A DNA stretch of 38,407 nt, from positions 1-38,407 of IMG/VR virus record IMGVR_UViG_3300027804_000113, one strand, 5' to 3'. This stretch comes from a virus. Lineage: Duplodnaviria; Caudoviricetes. How positions within the stretch are numbered: the stretch's first letter is position 1; every line of letters begins with the position of its first letter. Made by a program: the position numbers and the translations under genes. Of the stretch, positions 10,249 to 21,496 are shown piece by piece. The notes beneath the pieces are model-generated. The model was not told where the DNA came from, did not search any database, and worked only from the letters and a program-made list of their open reading frames with translations.

Positions 10249-10765
10249 AGCTTCATTCAAGGTTGAAGGGTTTGAAGAATTATTTGCCGTCATGAAAGAA
10301 ATTTCTGAAGAAATAGGCAAAGGCAAAACCGACAAGGTATGGCGAGAAATGTTAAAAGCCGCCATGACACCCGTGTTAGAGGATGCCAAACGCGAAGCAC
10401 CTAAAGACACCGGACAACTTGCTGAAAACATTTACCTGAGAGTTCACCGCCCAATGAGGCGTGACAAAGAGGGTAAAAACTATATTCCTGGTGAAGTCTA
10501 CATGGCCCGTGTTACGGCAAGCACAATACGCGATGATACAAGATACGACCTGATATTGAATAAGCGAGGCAGATTCCAAACTGTTACCCGCAACAAAAAA
10601 CCCGTACCAGTATCTCAAGAATTTGGCAACGCACAAATTGGTCCGGGACACCCTTTTCTATTGCCCGCATTGCGTAAAAATTACGGCGGCATGGAAAAAA
10701 TAATGACAGAACAGTTGATAAGGTTCATTGCATCTTATGATCGTTCTAAAGGCATAAAGAGGTAA
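10238..10765 (+). CDS. HK97 gp10-like tail component
   Basis: VEGFEEL start, AKREAPKDTGQLAENI, QEFGN, HPFLLPAL. Confidence 0.85.
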   Translation: MSVEASFKVEGFEELFAVMKEISEEIGKGKTDKVWREMLKAAMTPVLEDAKREAPKDTGQLAENIYLRVHRPMRRDKEGKNYIPGEVYMARVTASTIRDDTRYDLILNKRGRFQTVTRNKKPVPVSQEFGNAQIGPGHPFLLPALRKNYGGMEKIMTEQLIRFIASYDRSKGIKR

Positions 10766-10767
10766 TC

Positions 10768-13107
10768 ATGGCAGTTATTGGTTCACTATCCGTAAAGCTT
10801 GGCCTCATCACCGGTGAGTGGGATAAGGCTACAACAGACGCTAAACAAAAAGCCAAAGACCTTCAAAAGTCTTTTAATGAATTGGGCGGCGGTGTTAAAG
10901 ACCTGAACAACCTTTGGAAACAGATGGGCGGCGGTCTGTTAGCCGGTTCTCTTGGCATAACAGCCCTGATTGCACAAACAACGGCCTTTGCTGACAAAAT
11001 TCAAGACCTTGCCGAGGGTCTAGGTGTCAGCACCGGGTTTGCATTGCAATTTAGTGATGCTTTGACTAAAGCCGGTTCATCAGGCGATGCCGCCGCTAAA
11101 GTCATCTCAAAGCTGTATGAAAACATTGAAAAAGCTAGAGAGGGCAATCAAGAAACAGTTGACCAATTCCGCGCATTAGGAATCACATTCAAAGAAATTA
11201 AATCACTGCAACCTGAAGATGCCATTAAGCGTGTAGTGTCAGAACTAAGCAAAATTGAAGACGTTACTAAGCGTGTGTCTGAAATGCGAAAAATGCTTGG
11301 TAAGGGCGGCTTGGGTTTAGATGTAAAAGAACTAGATGCAATCCTACAAGGCGGCCTTGGCAAATGGGAAGAATATGGAGAGGGACTAAAACAGCTTGCC
11401 AAGGTCAAAGATCAACTGACCGCAACCATGAATAACCTCACGATTGCGTTTGCCAACCTGACAGGCCGTTTTGCTGTTGATGGAACAATCTCTGTTGAAA
11501 AGTTTACCGGTGCATTAGCGGGTTTAGCTACATATTTTGTTGCCACTCGCATCATAACTTTTACAGCGGCAATGATGGGGTTTGTTACCGCATTGAGGGC
11601 GGCGACTGCGGCGGGAATGGCTTTCAACATTATGGCAAGCGGCTCACCTTTGATGCTTGCTTTGAAGTTGGCCGCCATGGGTGCGTCTTTCATCATTTAT
11701 CACCAATACTCTAGTGATTCACCTACTGACAAACCTAAACCTTCAGAACGCAGTCACAACGACATGCTTGACGGGTCGGAAAATTACCCGGTGGTTGTTG
11801 GTGATTCATCCAAAAACGATAGCGCAGACAAAGCAAAAGACGATGCGACCAAACAAGAGTTTGCGGCCAAAATCGCAATGCAATCTGAGAGAATCAAAAC
11901 GCTAAACACGTTAGCATTAAATGCTATTCCTCTGTGGGATACATTTTCTAAAAGCATTGTCAATGTCGGTGTTGAGTCTAGCAATTCACTTCAACAGTTG
12001 AATGTAAGACGGGCAGAGTTGCAAGACAAATATAAAAACAGTCCTGAACTGCTTGGCCTTGAATTGGGTAAGCTGAAAGAGCAAGAAAAACAAATTGTTA
12101 GCAACACGCGGCGAAAAATTGCGGAGTTGCAATACCAACGCGAAATTACAGAACTAACACAAGAGCAAACACGCCAAGAAGGCTATCGTGCGGGCGCTAT
12201 GAAGGTGTCTGAGGATGAGACAAAGCGCCGTTTAGAGCAAGCTAAAGTTATTCTGTCAATACAAGAGAGAGAGATTGACAATGCTTTTGAAATAAACAAA
12301 CTTGCTACTGACGGGTCAGCCGTTATGTCACAGTTTGCTAAAAATATGTTGACACAAAGTCTTGAGACACAGCGCACGTTAGACAAGCTACAGTTACAAC
12401 TAAAATCTTTGCCCGAATACATTGACATGGATGAGTCGATGTTGTCAGCAGAAGCCAAAGCTAACAATGACAAAATTGATGCCATCAAAAAGCAAATGGA
12501 GTTTGAACAAGCTAGACACGATTTGAAAATGGCTAATTTGCAGAATGAGCGCACTTACGAATTTGGCTACAACCAAGCTATGACAAGCTATGTTGAGAAC
12601 GCAACTAATGCCGCTAAGACAGGCGCTGATTCGTTTAATGCGCTTACTTCAAACATGAATTCGGCCTTAGACAGTTTTGTTAAAACCGGTAAGCTTTCAT
12701 TCAAAAGTTTAGCTAGAAGCATCATTCAGGACCTTATTGCTATTCAGATGAAAGCGGCGGCTTCAAAAATCCTTATGAGCCTGTTTGGCGGTTTTGGCGG
12801 GGGCTTCAATCAAACCGGTGTAGTGTTAGGAATGCCGGGGTATGCTGACGGAGGCGACCCGCCAGTAGGCCGGGCATCAATCGTGGGTGAGCGAGGGCCT
12901 GAGTTGTTTGTGCCTAAAGGTTCAGGGACAATCATTCCAAATCAAGCCCTTGGCGGCATGGGTAGCACTACCAATGTAACAAACAATTACATCAATGCTA
13001 TTGATACAAAATCGTTTGAGGAAAGATTGCTTGGCAGTTCAAACGCTATATGGGCCGCTAACAGCTACGCAAACAAAACACTAGCGACAAGCAGAGGTAG
13101 AGCATGA
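10768..13107 (+). CDS. tail tape measure protein
   Basis: IGSLSVKLG start; helical; lambda-type FVKTGKLSFKSLARSIIQDL and YADGG...VGERGPELFVP C-terminus. Confidence 0.95.
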   Translation: MAVIGSLSVKLGLITGEWDKATTDAKQKAKDLQKSFNELGGGVKDLNNLWKQMGGGLLAGSLGITALIAQTTAFADKIQDLAEGLGVSTGFALQFSDALTKAGSSGDAAAKVISKLYENIEKAREGNQETVDQFRALGITFKEIKSLQPEDAIKRVVSELSKIEDVTKRVSEMRKMLGKGGLGLDVKELDAILQGGLGKWEEYGEGLKQLAKVKDQLTATMNNLTIAFANLTGRFAVDGTISVEKFTGALAGLATYFVATRIITFTAAMMGFVTALRAATAAGMAFNIMASGSPLMLALKLAAMGASFIIYHQYSSDSPTDKPKPSERSHNDMLDGSENYPVVVGDSSKNDSADKAKDDATKQEFAAKIAMQSERIKTLNTLALNAIPLWDTFSKSIVNVGVESSNSLQQLNVRRAELQDKYKNSPELLGLELGKLKEQEKQIVSNTRRKIAELQYQREITELTQEQTRQEGYRAGAMKVSEDETKRRLEQAKVILSIQEREIDNAFEINKLATDGSAVMSQFAKNMLTQSLETQRTLDKLQLQLKSLPEYIDMDESMLSAEAKANNDKIDAIKKQMEFEQARHDLKMANLQNERTYEFGYNQAMTSYVENATNAAKTGADSFNALTSNMNSALDSFVKTGKLSFKSLARSIIQDLIAIQMKAAASKILMSLFGGFGGGFNQTGVVLGMPGYADGGDPPVGRASIVGERGPELFVPKGSGTIIPNQALGGMGSTTNVTNNYINAIDTKSFEERLLGSSNAIWAANSYANKTLATSRGRA

Positions 13108-13700
13108 GTTTTCAAACCATTTTCAACATACAACAGTCTATGACAGTGAACAACCGCCGTATGGTTGGGCAACAAGTCGCTAGGTCAGGCTACATCACTG
13201 TGGCTCAATACCTTACTGCTGTGCCTTGGGAATTTACTATCACGCCTCATTCATATTTGTATTACCCGCAAGTCCGGGATGTGATTCAGGCCATTGACAA
13301 CAAAGACCGACAACTGCCTGAGTCAATCAGTTTTGCCGGTGACACGTTGTCTTGGTTCACTACAAATCGAGGCACGGCTACATCATCGGTATTGAATGGA
13401 ACACCTACGCCCAACACACAAACTTTGGCGCTGACTTCTAATGGAACATTTAAAGCCGGTGATTTTCTTCAGGTTGGCGGGTATGTGTACAAAGTAACAG
13501 CCGACAGCGCCGGTTCGTCTGTAGGGATTCACAGGCCATTGATTGGCTCACCCGCATCAGGTACGTCATTGATTTTAGGGTCTGCTGTCACGTTCAATGT
13601 CGTAGCACAGGTCTGTCCAACATATACTCTTAACCCAATGACAAGCGGCGCGTTTGTACAATGGGATGCGCCATTCATTTTCAGGGAGTACATTACATGA
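13104..13700 (+). CDS. putative distal tail protein
   Basis: Directly after the tape measure gene; FKAGDFLQVG motif; ends FREYI. Confidence 0.65.
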   Translation: MSFQTIFNIQQSMTVNNRRMVGQQVARSGYITVAQYLTAVPWEFTITPHSYLYYPQVRDVIQAIDNKDRQLPESISFAGDTLSWFTTNRGTATSSVLNGTPTPNTQTLALTSNGTFKAGDFLQVGGYVYKVTADSAGSSVGIHRPLIGSPASGTSLILGSAVTFNVVAQVCPTYTLNPMTSGAFVQWDAPFIFREYIT

Positions 13701-14356
13701 CAGCAATATACGCCGTTAGCGGCTCACAGATCAATCATGCGGAATTTGTAAAGCTTACTGTTGGTACAGCCGCCACAGTCTATACATTTTGTAATGCCGC
13801 CGCACCTATTACTGTTGGCGGGATTACGTTTTCTAACCTTGGCGCATTGCTCAATGTAGGTGATGTTCAGAGGGACATTAAAGCTACATCTGACGACATG
13901 ACCATTCAGTTGACCGGGATTGATCCGACCAACGTGGGAATCATCCTTGGTAATGAAATCAAAGGTTCGTTGGTAGAAGTTTGGCGTGGTTTCTTTGACA
14001 CGAACAACCAAATCATTACTACACCAACTACACAATTTTTTAAACGCTATCAAGGCATCATTAACAGCGTTTCAATCACAGAAGATTTCAATACAGAATT
14101 GCGGCAACGTATTGCCACTTGTTCTATTGCGTGTTCGTCTATGAGGCGCATTCTTGAAAACAGATTGTCCGGGATGAAAACAAATCAAGACGCTTGGCAG
14201 TTTGTGTATGGCACTAGCGAAACCTCAATGAATCGTGTTGCTCAAATATCAAACACGTTTTTTGATTTTGGCGCACCACCAATGACGCAAACACAAGCAA
14301 GCGAAACAACTGTAACAATGGATAGCGGCGGCGGTGGAGGTGGTGACGCACCATGA
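13697..14356 (+). CDS. putative tail tip/hub protein
   Basis: Synteny; IQLTGID and VEVWRGFFD motifs; ATGA overlap gives start 13697. Confidence 0.65.
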   Translation: MTAIYAVSGSQINHAEFVKLTVGTAATVYTFCNAAAPITVGGITFSNLGALLNVGDVQRDIKATSDDMTIQLTGIDPTNVGIILGNEIKGSLVEVWRGFFDTNNQIITTPTTQFFKRYQGIINSVSITEDFNTELRQRIATCSIACSSMRRILENRLSGMKTNQDAWQFVYGTSETSMNRVAQISNTFFDFGAPPMTQTQASETTVTMDSGGGGGGDAP

Positions 14357-14799
14357 TAAGACAAGCTACAAGATATGACATACCAAGATTGCTAGAAATT
14401 GTTGAAGCTTACGCTTACGAAAACCCAATAAAAATACTTGGTGAGCCTTGCAACCATTTTCCTCGTCATGTAGAAGAATTGTTGTTCAGCATCATTCAGG
14501 GTAAAGGGTTTGTCTACATAGACAATCATATGCGTGGTGCAATCGTTGCTATAAAACAAAACAATATATGGTCTCCAAAGGTCCGTGAATTACATGAGCT
14601 TTTGTGGTGGGTAGAACCCGCACATAGAAATGGAACAATCGGTGGAAGGCTATGGAAAGCGTTTGATTCTCATGCTCAAAAAATGTTGGATTTGGGCAAT
14701 GTTGATTTGGTTAGTACATCAATCTCTGCCAACGGGCCTTTTATTGATTACACACGGCGTGGATATAAAGCAGTAGGCGCAAGCTTCGTGAAGGAATAA
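14353..14799 (+). CDS. GNAT-family acetyltransferase-like protein
   Basis: MIRQATRYDI start, WWVEPAHRNGTIGGRL acetyl-CoA motif A, YTRRGY motif B. Confidence 0.8.
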   Translation: MIRQATRYDIPRLLEIVEAYAYENPIKILGEPCNHFPRHVEELLFSIIQGKGFVYIDNHMRGAIVAIKQNNIWSPKVRELHELLWWVEPAHRNGTIGGRLWKAFDSHAQKMLDLGNVDLVSTSISANGPFIDYTRRGYKAVGASFVKE

Positions 14800-14801
14800 A
14801 A

Positions 14802-17800
14802 ATGGTTGGAACACTTGTAGCATCAGCAATTTTAGGCGCGGCGGCGGCGGGGACATTTGCTTATGCCGCTACTGTATTCGCAGTCAATTTTGCTTTGTCA
14901 ATGATTGTTACGCGAGTGTTTGGCGACAATCCCGAAACACAGCAAGACATGGGCGTGAGGCAACAAGTCCCACCTAGTGCTGTTAACGCAATCCCGGTTG
15001 TTTATGGTAGCGCCTACATGGGCGGCACGTTTGTTGATGCCGTGTTAACAGAAGATCAAAAGACGATGTACTACGTCTTGGCTATTTCCTGTATCAGCCC
15101 TGATGGGCAATTTTCGTTTAATACAAGCACAATGTATTACGGCGACAGGCTGATTACATTTGGCACAGGCGCAGATTCAACCAAAGTTTTAACATTGACC
15201 GATGAAGCCGGAAATGTAAACAACAAGATCAACGGCAATTTATACATCAGCCTGTACACATCTACAGCCGGTGGAACAATCGTATCAGCTAATGGCGCTG
15301 ACGCACCTAGTGTTGTAATGGGCGGCTCAGACATTGCTGTTGGTCAAAGGTGGGTAGCGGGTGTGCGCCAAATGAATGGTTTGGCGTTTGCTATTGTCAA
15401 ATTAGTTTACAACCGGGATGCTGACACAACTCAACTTTCCCCAATCACGTTTAGTGTTAATCATTATTTGAACAGTACTGGCGCGGCTAAACCTGGTGAC
15501 GTGTGGAAAGACTACATTACAAGCACTGTTTATGGTGGTGCTGTCGATTTATCTTTTGTCGATACAGCAAGCGCAACAGCGTTGAATTCATACAGTGACC
15601 AACTGATTACATTCAAGAATTCAAGCGGTGTTCCGTCTACACAATCCCGGTACAGAATCAATGGCGTGTTAGATGCCGGGCAAACTGTTCTGTCTAACCT
15701 TGACCGCATCATGTCGGCAAGTGATTCATGGATGACCTACAACGCCGCATTAGGTCAATGGTCAATCGTTATCAACAAAGCTGAAACAGCGTCTTACGCA
15801 TTCAACGATAACAACATCATTGGTGAGATTCGCGTTAGTGCTACAGACATTACGTCTTCAATCAACCAAGTTGAAGCAAGATTCCCGTTCAAAGAAAACA
15901 GAGACCAAGCGGCCTTTGTCAATATCAAAACCCCGACAGGGTTGCTCTACCCCAATGAGCCTGTCAACAAATATTCCATCACTTACGATTTGGTCAATGA
16001 TTCGGTTCAAACCGGATACCTAGCAAATCGGCTCTTAGAGCAAGCGAGGGAGGATTTAATTGTCAGCTTCAGCACTACCTACTACGGCATTCAAGTCGAT
16101 GCAGGAAACGTGGTTTCCGTCACAAATACGGACTATGGTTGGAATGCCAAGCTTTTCCGCGTGATGAAAGTGAATGAGGCTTCGTTGCCTGACGGGTCGC
16201 TAGGTGCAAAATTAGAACTGTCTGAATACAACGCACAAGTTTATGATGATTTAGACATCACGGCATTCACCCCTGTACCTAACAGTGGGTTGCCATCGGT
16301 TAGCTACTTCAGTCCGTTATCCGCACCAACAGTGACGGGTTATCCAACAGCAACAATTCCAAATTTCAGCGTTACAGTTTTTATTCCAACAACGGGTCGA
16401 ATTACATTTGGCAATTTATTTTTTACAACAAGCGCAACACCCTCTGCCGGTGATTGGCAATTATTGACAACCGCAACAACCGCAAACAATGAGCCGGTTA
16501 CAAACAACACGTATTACACATACACAAATTTGACTCTAAACACCGGGACATATTATTTTGCGTATCAAGTTGGCAACGATGTTAGCAATTCTGTTTTAAG
16601 TCCAATCAGTGCATCATTTGTTTGGACACCGGTTGCAAGCCAAGGGCCAACAGGGCCAACAGGTTCGTCTGTAACTGGACCAACGGGTGCAACGGGTACG
16701 ACAGGCCCAACAGGCACGGGGACAACAGGGCCAACCGGACAAGCGGGATTGCAAGTGGCTCGACCTGCGGTATATCAATGGGCATTGTCTACACCTAGCA
16801 TTTCAGGTTCATCTACCTATGTATGGGCAACGGCTTCATACACAGCGCCTAGCGGGTGGTCAACAACTATTACTGCCGCACCAAGTGCGGGTTTTATTCT
16901 TTACACGGCTACAGCGACTGTGACAGATGTAGCAACGGCAACAAGTACGTTTTTCAGTTGGACAACGGCAAGCATTGTCGTGTCAGGATATGCCGGAACA
17001 AATGGCGCTACTGGACCAACCGGCGGTGCGGGTGTTACAGGGCCAACAGGCGGTTCAGGCGCTTCTGCTCGAATCATGTATGCCCGAATTGCAAACAATC
17101 CTGTACCAGTATCAGGCACAGTAACTGTTTCGGGTGATAACCGGCCTTCAGGCGCACAAGCAAGCGCAGTATGGGGCGCGGCTTTCAATGTTACATGGTA
17201 CGCAAATGACCCTGACCCATCTAGCAACAATTCTTTGTATCAAGCAGACGGAATCTACAACGGGACAAATACCTTATGGTCAACACCCTATATTTCGGCA
17301 TTAAAAGTCGGCGCTTTGTCTGCGGTTTCTACTAACACAGGAAGCTTGACAGTTAGCGGTACTTTGCAATCAAACACGGCGGCTATTAGCGGTACAACCA
17401 TGACGGGTTCAGGCGGCGTACTTTACGCTACTGGAAATTTTGCGTTTGGTAACAGTACAACAAACATTGCGTTCAATGGTTCGCAAATGACGCTTAATGG
17501 TAATGTTGTTGGTACTATAAACATCAATACAAACGCAGTTACAACTATTGCTAGTGTAGTCGGTGGGCAAGGTCAAGTTTTTGGCGGCGCTTACAATTTA
17601 GACACATCCAACTTTACTGTTCCCGCCGGGACAATTCTCAATGTATTCTTTACAGCACTAAAAACAGCTTTTGGTGCGGGTGACTGTAATTGCATTTTGA
17701 ATATTTACAATTCATCGTCAGTTTTGGTTGCTACGTTTGCGGGCCAACCCGGACAAGAATTAGTACAAACAATGGGGCCGGGTGGCGACAAAGTGACTGC

Positions 17801-17930
17801 TGTGTTTACAGGAAATTACACTGTTGTTAGTGATGGTACTTATTTCATTCGCGCAATCGTTTCAAACAATTTTGGTAATAGTTGGACTGCAAGTTATTTG
17901 AACTTAATTGTTTTAGGAAGCAAAAGATGA
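14802..17930 (+). CDS. central tail tip / host-specificity protein (gpJ-like) with short collagen-like inserts
   Basis: IPVVYG, RYRINGVLD, KLFRVMKV motifs; GPTGxT repeats in the C-terminal half. Confidence 0.85.
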   Translation: MVGTLVASAILGAAAAGTFAYAATVFAVNFALSMIVTRVFGDNPETQQDMGVRQQVPPSAVNAIPVVYGSAYMGGTFVDAVLTEDQKTMYYVLAISCISPDGQFSFNTSTMYYGDRLITFGTGADSTKVLTLTDEAGNVNNKINGNLYISLYTSTAGGTIVSANGADAPSVVMGGSDIAVGQRWVAGVRQMNGLAFAIVKLVYNRDADTTQLSPITFSVNHYLNSTGAAKPGDVWKDYITSTVYGGAVDLSFVDTASATALNSYSDQLITFKNSSGVPSTQSRYRINGVLDAGQTVLSNLDRIMSASDSWMTYNAALGQWSIVINKAETASYAFNDNNIIGEIRVSATDITSSINQVEARFPFKENRDQAAFVNIKTPTGLLYPNEPVNKYSITYDLVNDSVQTGYLANRLLEQAREDLIVSFSTTYYGIQVDAGNVVSVTNTDYGWNAKLFRVMKVNEASLPDGSLGAKLELSEYNAQVYDDLDITAFTPVPNSGLPSVSYFSPLSAPTVTGYPTATIPNFSVTVFIPTTGRITFGNLFFTTSATPSAGDWQLLTTATTANNEPVTNNTYYTYTNLTLNTGTYYFAYQVGNDVSNSVLSPISASFVWTPVASQGPTGPTGSSVTGPTGATGTTGPTGTGTTGPTGQAGLQVARPAVYQWALSTPSISGSSTYVWATASYTAPSGWSTTITAAPSAGFILYTATATVTDVATATSTFFSWTTASIVVSGYAGTNGATGPTGGAGVTGPTGGSGASARIMYARIANNPVPVSGTVTVSGDNRPSGAQASAVWGAAFNVTWYANDPDPSSNNSLYQADGIYNGTNTLWSTPYISALKVGALSAVSTNTGSLTVSGTLQSNTAAISGTTMTGSGGVLYATGNFAFGNSTTNIAFNGSQMTLNGNVVGTININTNAVTTIASVVGGQGQVFGGAYNLDTSNFTVPAGTILNVFFTALKTAFGAGDCNCILNIYNSSSVLVATFAGQPGQELVQTMGPGGDKVTAVFTGNYTVVSDGTYFIRAIVSNNFGNSWTASYLNLIVLGSKR

Positions 17931-18349
17931 TTCATTACGCAATTTACAACAGCGATGGGAAATATCTTGTTGCCGGCATTTCTGAAGGCGAGTTAACAGA
18001 ATCTGAAATTCCAATAAATTGTTTTGTTTACTATGGTGTTGTTAACATTAGTTTGCAATATCAAGACGTTGCGACCAATTTACCAGTTGATATGCCTACA
18101 ATGCCACAAGGTTTTTGGGTTTTTGACTACGCAACAAAACAATGGATTCCTGATGTGCAACAAGCCTCTATAACAGTTGATGCACAACGCATAGAAATTT
18201 TAACTGCCACGGATTGGACTCAAATTCCTAACAATCCCCTAACAACACAACAACAAACGGCTTGGGCCACTTATCGTCAAGAAATTAGAGATATGTCACA
18301 ACAATCAGGGTATCCATTAAATGTTGTTTGGCCTGTTGCACCGGTCTGA
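17927..18349 (+). CDS. tail fibre assembly chaperone-like protein
   Basis: FDYATKQW; LTATDWTQIPNNPL...WATYRQEIRD...WPVAP. Confidence 0.8.
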   Translation: MIHYAIYNSDGKYLVAGISEGELTESEIPINCFVYYGVVNISLQYQDVATNLPVDMPTMPQGFWVFDYATKQWIPDVQQASITVDAQRIEILTATDWTQIPNNPLTTQQQTAWATYRQEIRDMSQQSGYPLNVVWPVAPV

Positions 18350-18364
18350 ATAAGACGTTAGAAT
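18336..18364 (+). promoter_or_regulatory. putative sigma70-type promoter for the fibre module
   Basis: TTGCAC-N17-TAGAAT at the largest clearly non-coding gap in the tail region. Confidence 0.6.
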
Positions 18365-18431
18365 ATCCTAAAGACAATACACCAATGGCCCGCGAGTGCG
18401 CGGATGTTCGACCTGAGTACAGGGAACTGTC

Positions 18432-18917
18432 ATGGCGATTTTTAATAAAAATACACTGGCACAAGTCAGTGGATTTGACAACCCGATTTTAGCCGGTGAG
18501 CTAGTTTGGGATCAAAACACTTTTTGGAATCTTACGTTCCAAACCCCTGAGGGCGTTGACATTAACCTAACAGGCGTAACTGTTAGCGCACAAATTGTTC
18601 GGCGACAACTTACAAACATTATTGATACACGCAATGGTTTAACCTTTGACATTGCGAACTATCGCATTACACCACCCGCTATTCCATTAACAATAGCTAA
18701 TTTTGACGCTGTTAACGGCAGTTTTACTTTAGTTATTGACTCAGGTGCTTGGTCGCTAATGGCGACTGACCCCGAACTGAACATCAATGCAACCGACTGC
18801 GTTGGTTATTCCGGTAGAGTCAAGGTCAGTTTTCCGACAACAGGCTCAACACCCGCCGATGATTTAATCATTTTCCTCTTATTTTTGGTCCGGTCTGATG
18901 GAGTAATCGTATTATGA
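18432..18917 (+). CDS. putative fibre-anchoring/baseplate-upper-like virion protein
   Basis: [14 protein letters not shown] beta-sandwich pattern preceding the collagen fibre. Confidence 0.55.
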   Translation: MAIFNKNTLAQVSGFDNPILAGELVWDQNTFWNLTFQTPEGVDINLTGVTVSAQIVRRQLTNIIDTRNGLTFDIANYRITPPAIPLTIANFDAVNGSFTLVIDSGAWSLMATDPELNINATDCVGYSGRVKVSFPTTGSTPADDLIIFLLFLVRSDGVIVL

Positions 18918-21496
18918 GCACAGTATCTGTAACAACTGGTAGCAACATTGTCCTGAAAGTTGACCGAGGCGTTCAAGGCCCAACAGGCCCTACAGGACCG
19001 GCTAACGGACCTACAGGCGCGGTTGGCCCAACCGGCGCAACCGGCCCAACAGGCGCACAGGGCCAAGGCGTTCAAATCAAAGGCACTGTAGCAACTGTTG
19101 GCAATCTGCCTTCAACTGGTAATGTTGTTGGTGATTCATACATAGTGCAAGCAGATGGCGATTTGTATGTTTGGTCAGGAACAGCTTGGAATAATGCCGG
19201 TCCTATTGTTGGCCCAACAGGTTCAACTGGTCCAACCGGTCCTACTGGTGCGGCTTCAACGATTGCCGGCCCAACAGGCGCTACAGGCTCAGTTGGCAAT
19301 ACTGGAGCAACCGGTCCTACAGGCGCGGCTTCGACTGTCGTAGGACCTACCGGCCCTACAGGCGCTCAAGGCATTCAGGGAAATGCCGGTAATGTCGGCC
19401 CTACAGGAAGTCAAGGCGTACAAGGAATTCAAGGAATTCAAGGCGATTTAGGCCCTACAGGACCTACAGGCGCGGCTTCTACAGTCGCCGGTCCTACAGG
19501 AAGCCAAGGCGTGGCGGGCGCTACCGGTCCTACAGGCTCTCAAGGCGCGGCCTCCACAGTCGCCGGTCCTACTGGACCTACAGGCGCACAAGGCATACAA
19601 GGTAATGTTGGCGCGACCGGACCTACAGGAACACAAGGCGAACAAGGAAATGTTGGCCCTACCGGCGCACAGGGCGTACAAGGCGAACAAGGAATTCAAG
19701 GCGTTGCCGGTCCTACAGGAAGCACAGGCGCAGTTGGCGCTACAGGCTCTACAGGCCCAACTGGCGCGGCCTCTACTGTAGCCGGTCCTACAGGCCCACA
19801 GGGTTTGCAAGGAATTCAAGGCGTACAGGGCGTACAGGGCGAAGTTGGCCCGACCGGAAGTCAAGGAATTCAAGGAAATGCCGGACCTACAGGCCCTACA
19901 GGCGCAGATTCAACAGTTCAAGGTCCTACTGGTCCAACAGGTCCGACCGGTTCTGCGTCTACTGTTGCCGGTCCAACAGGCCCGACAGGTGCGGCGGGTG
20001 TTGATGGTCAATCATCCTCATACTACCAATATGATGCAAATACTACGCAAACATCAGGTACGCCGCCCGCGGGTGATGTGTATTGGGATAACGCAACGCA
20101 AACATCTGCAACCGCACTTGTTTTTAGCCATTTGACAAGTAACAACATTGATGTTGATTTGTTCTTGGGAATCTTGAAAACAGGCGACAGCGTTATTTTG
20201 CAAGATGCAAACAATTCAACCAATTATCAAAAATGGGTTTTGTCTGCTAACCCAACGATTGTTGCTAACACATCAGTAACTTGCCCGGTTACTTTGTCTA
20301 CATCTAGTGGCACGGGAACAACGGGTTTTGCAAACAATCATCCATTGATTGCTGTTTTGCAATCTCTTGGCGCGGTAGGACCTACTGGTCCAACAGGCGC
20401 AACTGGTGCTGATTCAACTGTTGTCGGACCTACTGGACCAACAGGCGCTCAAGGAAATCAAGGCAATGTCGGCCCAACAGGCGTTCAAGGAAATGTCGGA
20501 CCAACAGGGCCTACTGGCGCTCAAGGCGTACAAGGCGATGTTGGACCAACTGGACCACAGGGAATACAGGGCGATCAAGGCGTTGTTGGCCCTACAGGCG
20601 CGGTTGGTCCTACGGGTTCTACAGGCGCGGTTGGCGCAACAGGACCTACAGGCTCACAGGGCGTTGTTGGCCCAACAGGACCTCAGGGAATTCAAGGCGA
20701 ACAAGGAATTCAGGGAAATGTCGGCCCAACAGGACCTACTGGCGCACAAGGAATTCAGGGCATAGTTGGTCCTACAGGCGCTACTGGAGATCAAGGAATT
20801 CAGGGCGTTGTCGGACCTACAGGGCCTCAAGGAATTCAGGGCGAAGTTGGTCCTACTGGACCTACTGGAGCGCAAGGCAATGTTGGACCTACAGGCCCAA
20901 CAGGCGCACAGGGAATTCAGGGCGAAGTCGGACCTACAGGACCACAGGGCGTACAGGGTATACAGGGCATTCAGGGCGTGACAGGACCTACAGGACCTAC
21001 GACATATCCCGCAAGCGGTATTGCGAATTCAAGCGGCACGGCTTGGGATACGTCTTATTCCACAACAGGAACAGGCACAGTCGTTGTTTTAGCGACAAGC
21101 CCAACATTAGTCACACCGGCTCTTGGAACACCCGCCTCAGGCAATTTAAATAGCTGTACTGCTGATGGCACAAATGCTGTTGGATACAGAAATATTCCTA
21201 GGTCCGGCGCGGCTAAAACTAGCAGTTACACGCTTACAACAGGCGATGTTGGCGAATTTATCCAACTTGATACTGGTGGTAGTCTTGTTGTTCCTGATGC
21301 AACTTTTGCAAATGGTGATGTAGTTGTTATTTTAAATAACACAGCAAGTGCAATTACACTTACTATGTCAATTACAACAGCGTATATTTCCGGAACTGCG
21401 GTTGACAAAAACACAATGTCTTTAGCGCCTGTTGGCGTTGCTAATATTTTGTTTGTATCAGGCACTACTTGCGTCGTCACAGGAAATGTAACATGA
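18914..21496 (+). CDS. collagen-like fibre protein
   Basis: Long uninterrupted G-X-Y tracts (GPT, GAQ, GIQ) separated by globular domains. Confidence 0.9.
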   Translation: MSTVSVTTGSNIVLKVDRGVQGPTGPTGPANGPTGAVGPTGATGPTGAQGQGVQIKGTVATVGNLPSTGNVVGDSYIVQADGDLYVWSGTAWNNAGPIVGPTGSTGPTGPTGAASTIAGPTGATGSVGNTGATGPTGAASTVVGPTGPTGAQGIQGNAGNVGPTGSQGVQGIQGIQGDLGPTGPTGAASTVAGPTGSQGVAGATGPTGSQGAASTVAGPTGPTGAQGIQGNVGATGPTGTQGEQGNVGPTGAQGVQGEQGIQGVAGPTGSTGAVGATGSTGPTGAASTVAGPTGPQGLQGIQGVQGVQGEVGPTGSQGIQGNAGPTGPTGADSTVQGPTGPTGPTGSASTVAGPTGPTGAAGVDGQSSSYYQYDANTTQTSGTPPAGDVYWDNATQTSATALVFSHLTSNNIDVDLFLGILKTGDSVILQDANNSTNYQKWVLSANPTIVANTSVTCPVTLSTSSGTGTTGFANNHPLIAVLQSLGAVGPTGPTGATGADSTVVGPTGPTGAQGNQGNVGPTGVQGNVGPTGPTGAQGVQGDVGPTGPQGIQGDQGVVGPTGAVGPTGSTGAVGATGPTGSQGVVGPTGPQGIQGEQGIQGNVGPTGPTGAQGIQGIVGPTGATGDQGIQGVVGPTGPQGIQGEVGPTGPTGAQGNVGPTGPTGAQGIQGEVGPTGPQGVQGIQGIQGVTGPTGPTTYPASGIANSSGTAWDTSYSTTGTGTVVVLATSPTLVTPALGTPASGNLNSCTADGTNAVGYRNIPRSGAAKTSSYTLTTGDVGEFIQLDTGGSLVVPDATFANGDVVVILNNTASAITLTMSITTAYISGTAVDKNTMSLAPVGVANILFVSGTTCVVTGNVT
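19211..21001 (+). repeat. degenerate coding 9-nt repeats (collagen G-X-Y), interrupted by a globular domain at ~20010-20365
   Basis: Recurrent ggNccNacagg and caaggaattcaagg units. Confidence 0.85.

Noticed and set aside
19072-21480. Alternative-frame and antisense ORFs over the collagen gene
   Set aside because: By-products of the stop-poor G-X-Y codon repeats
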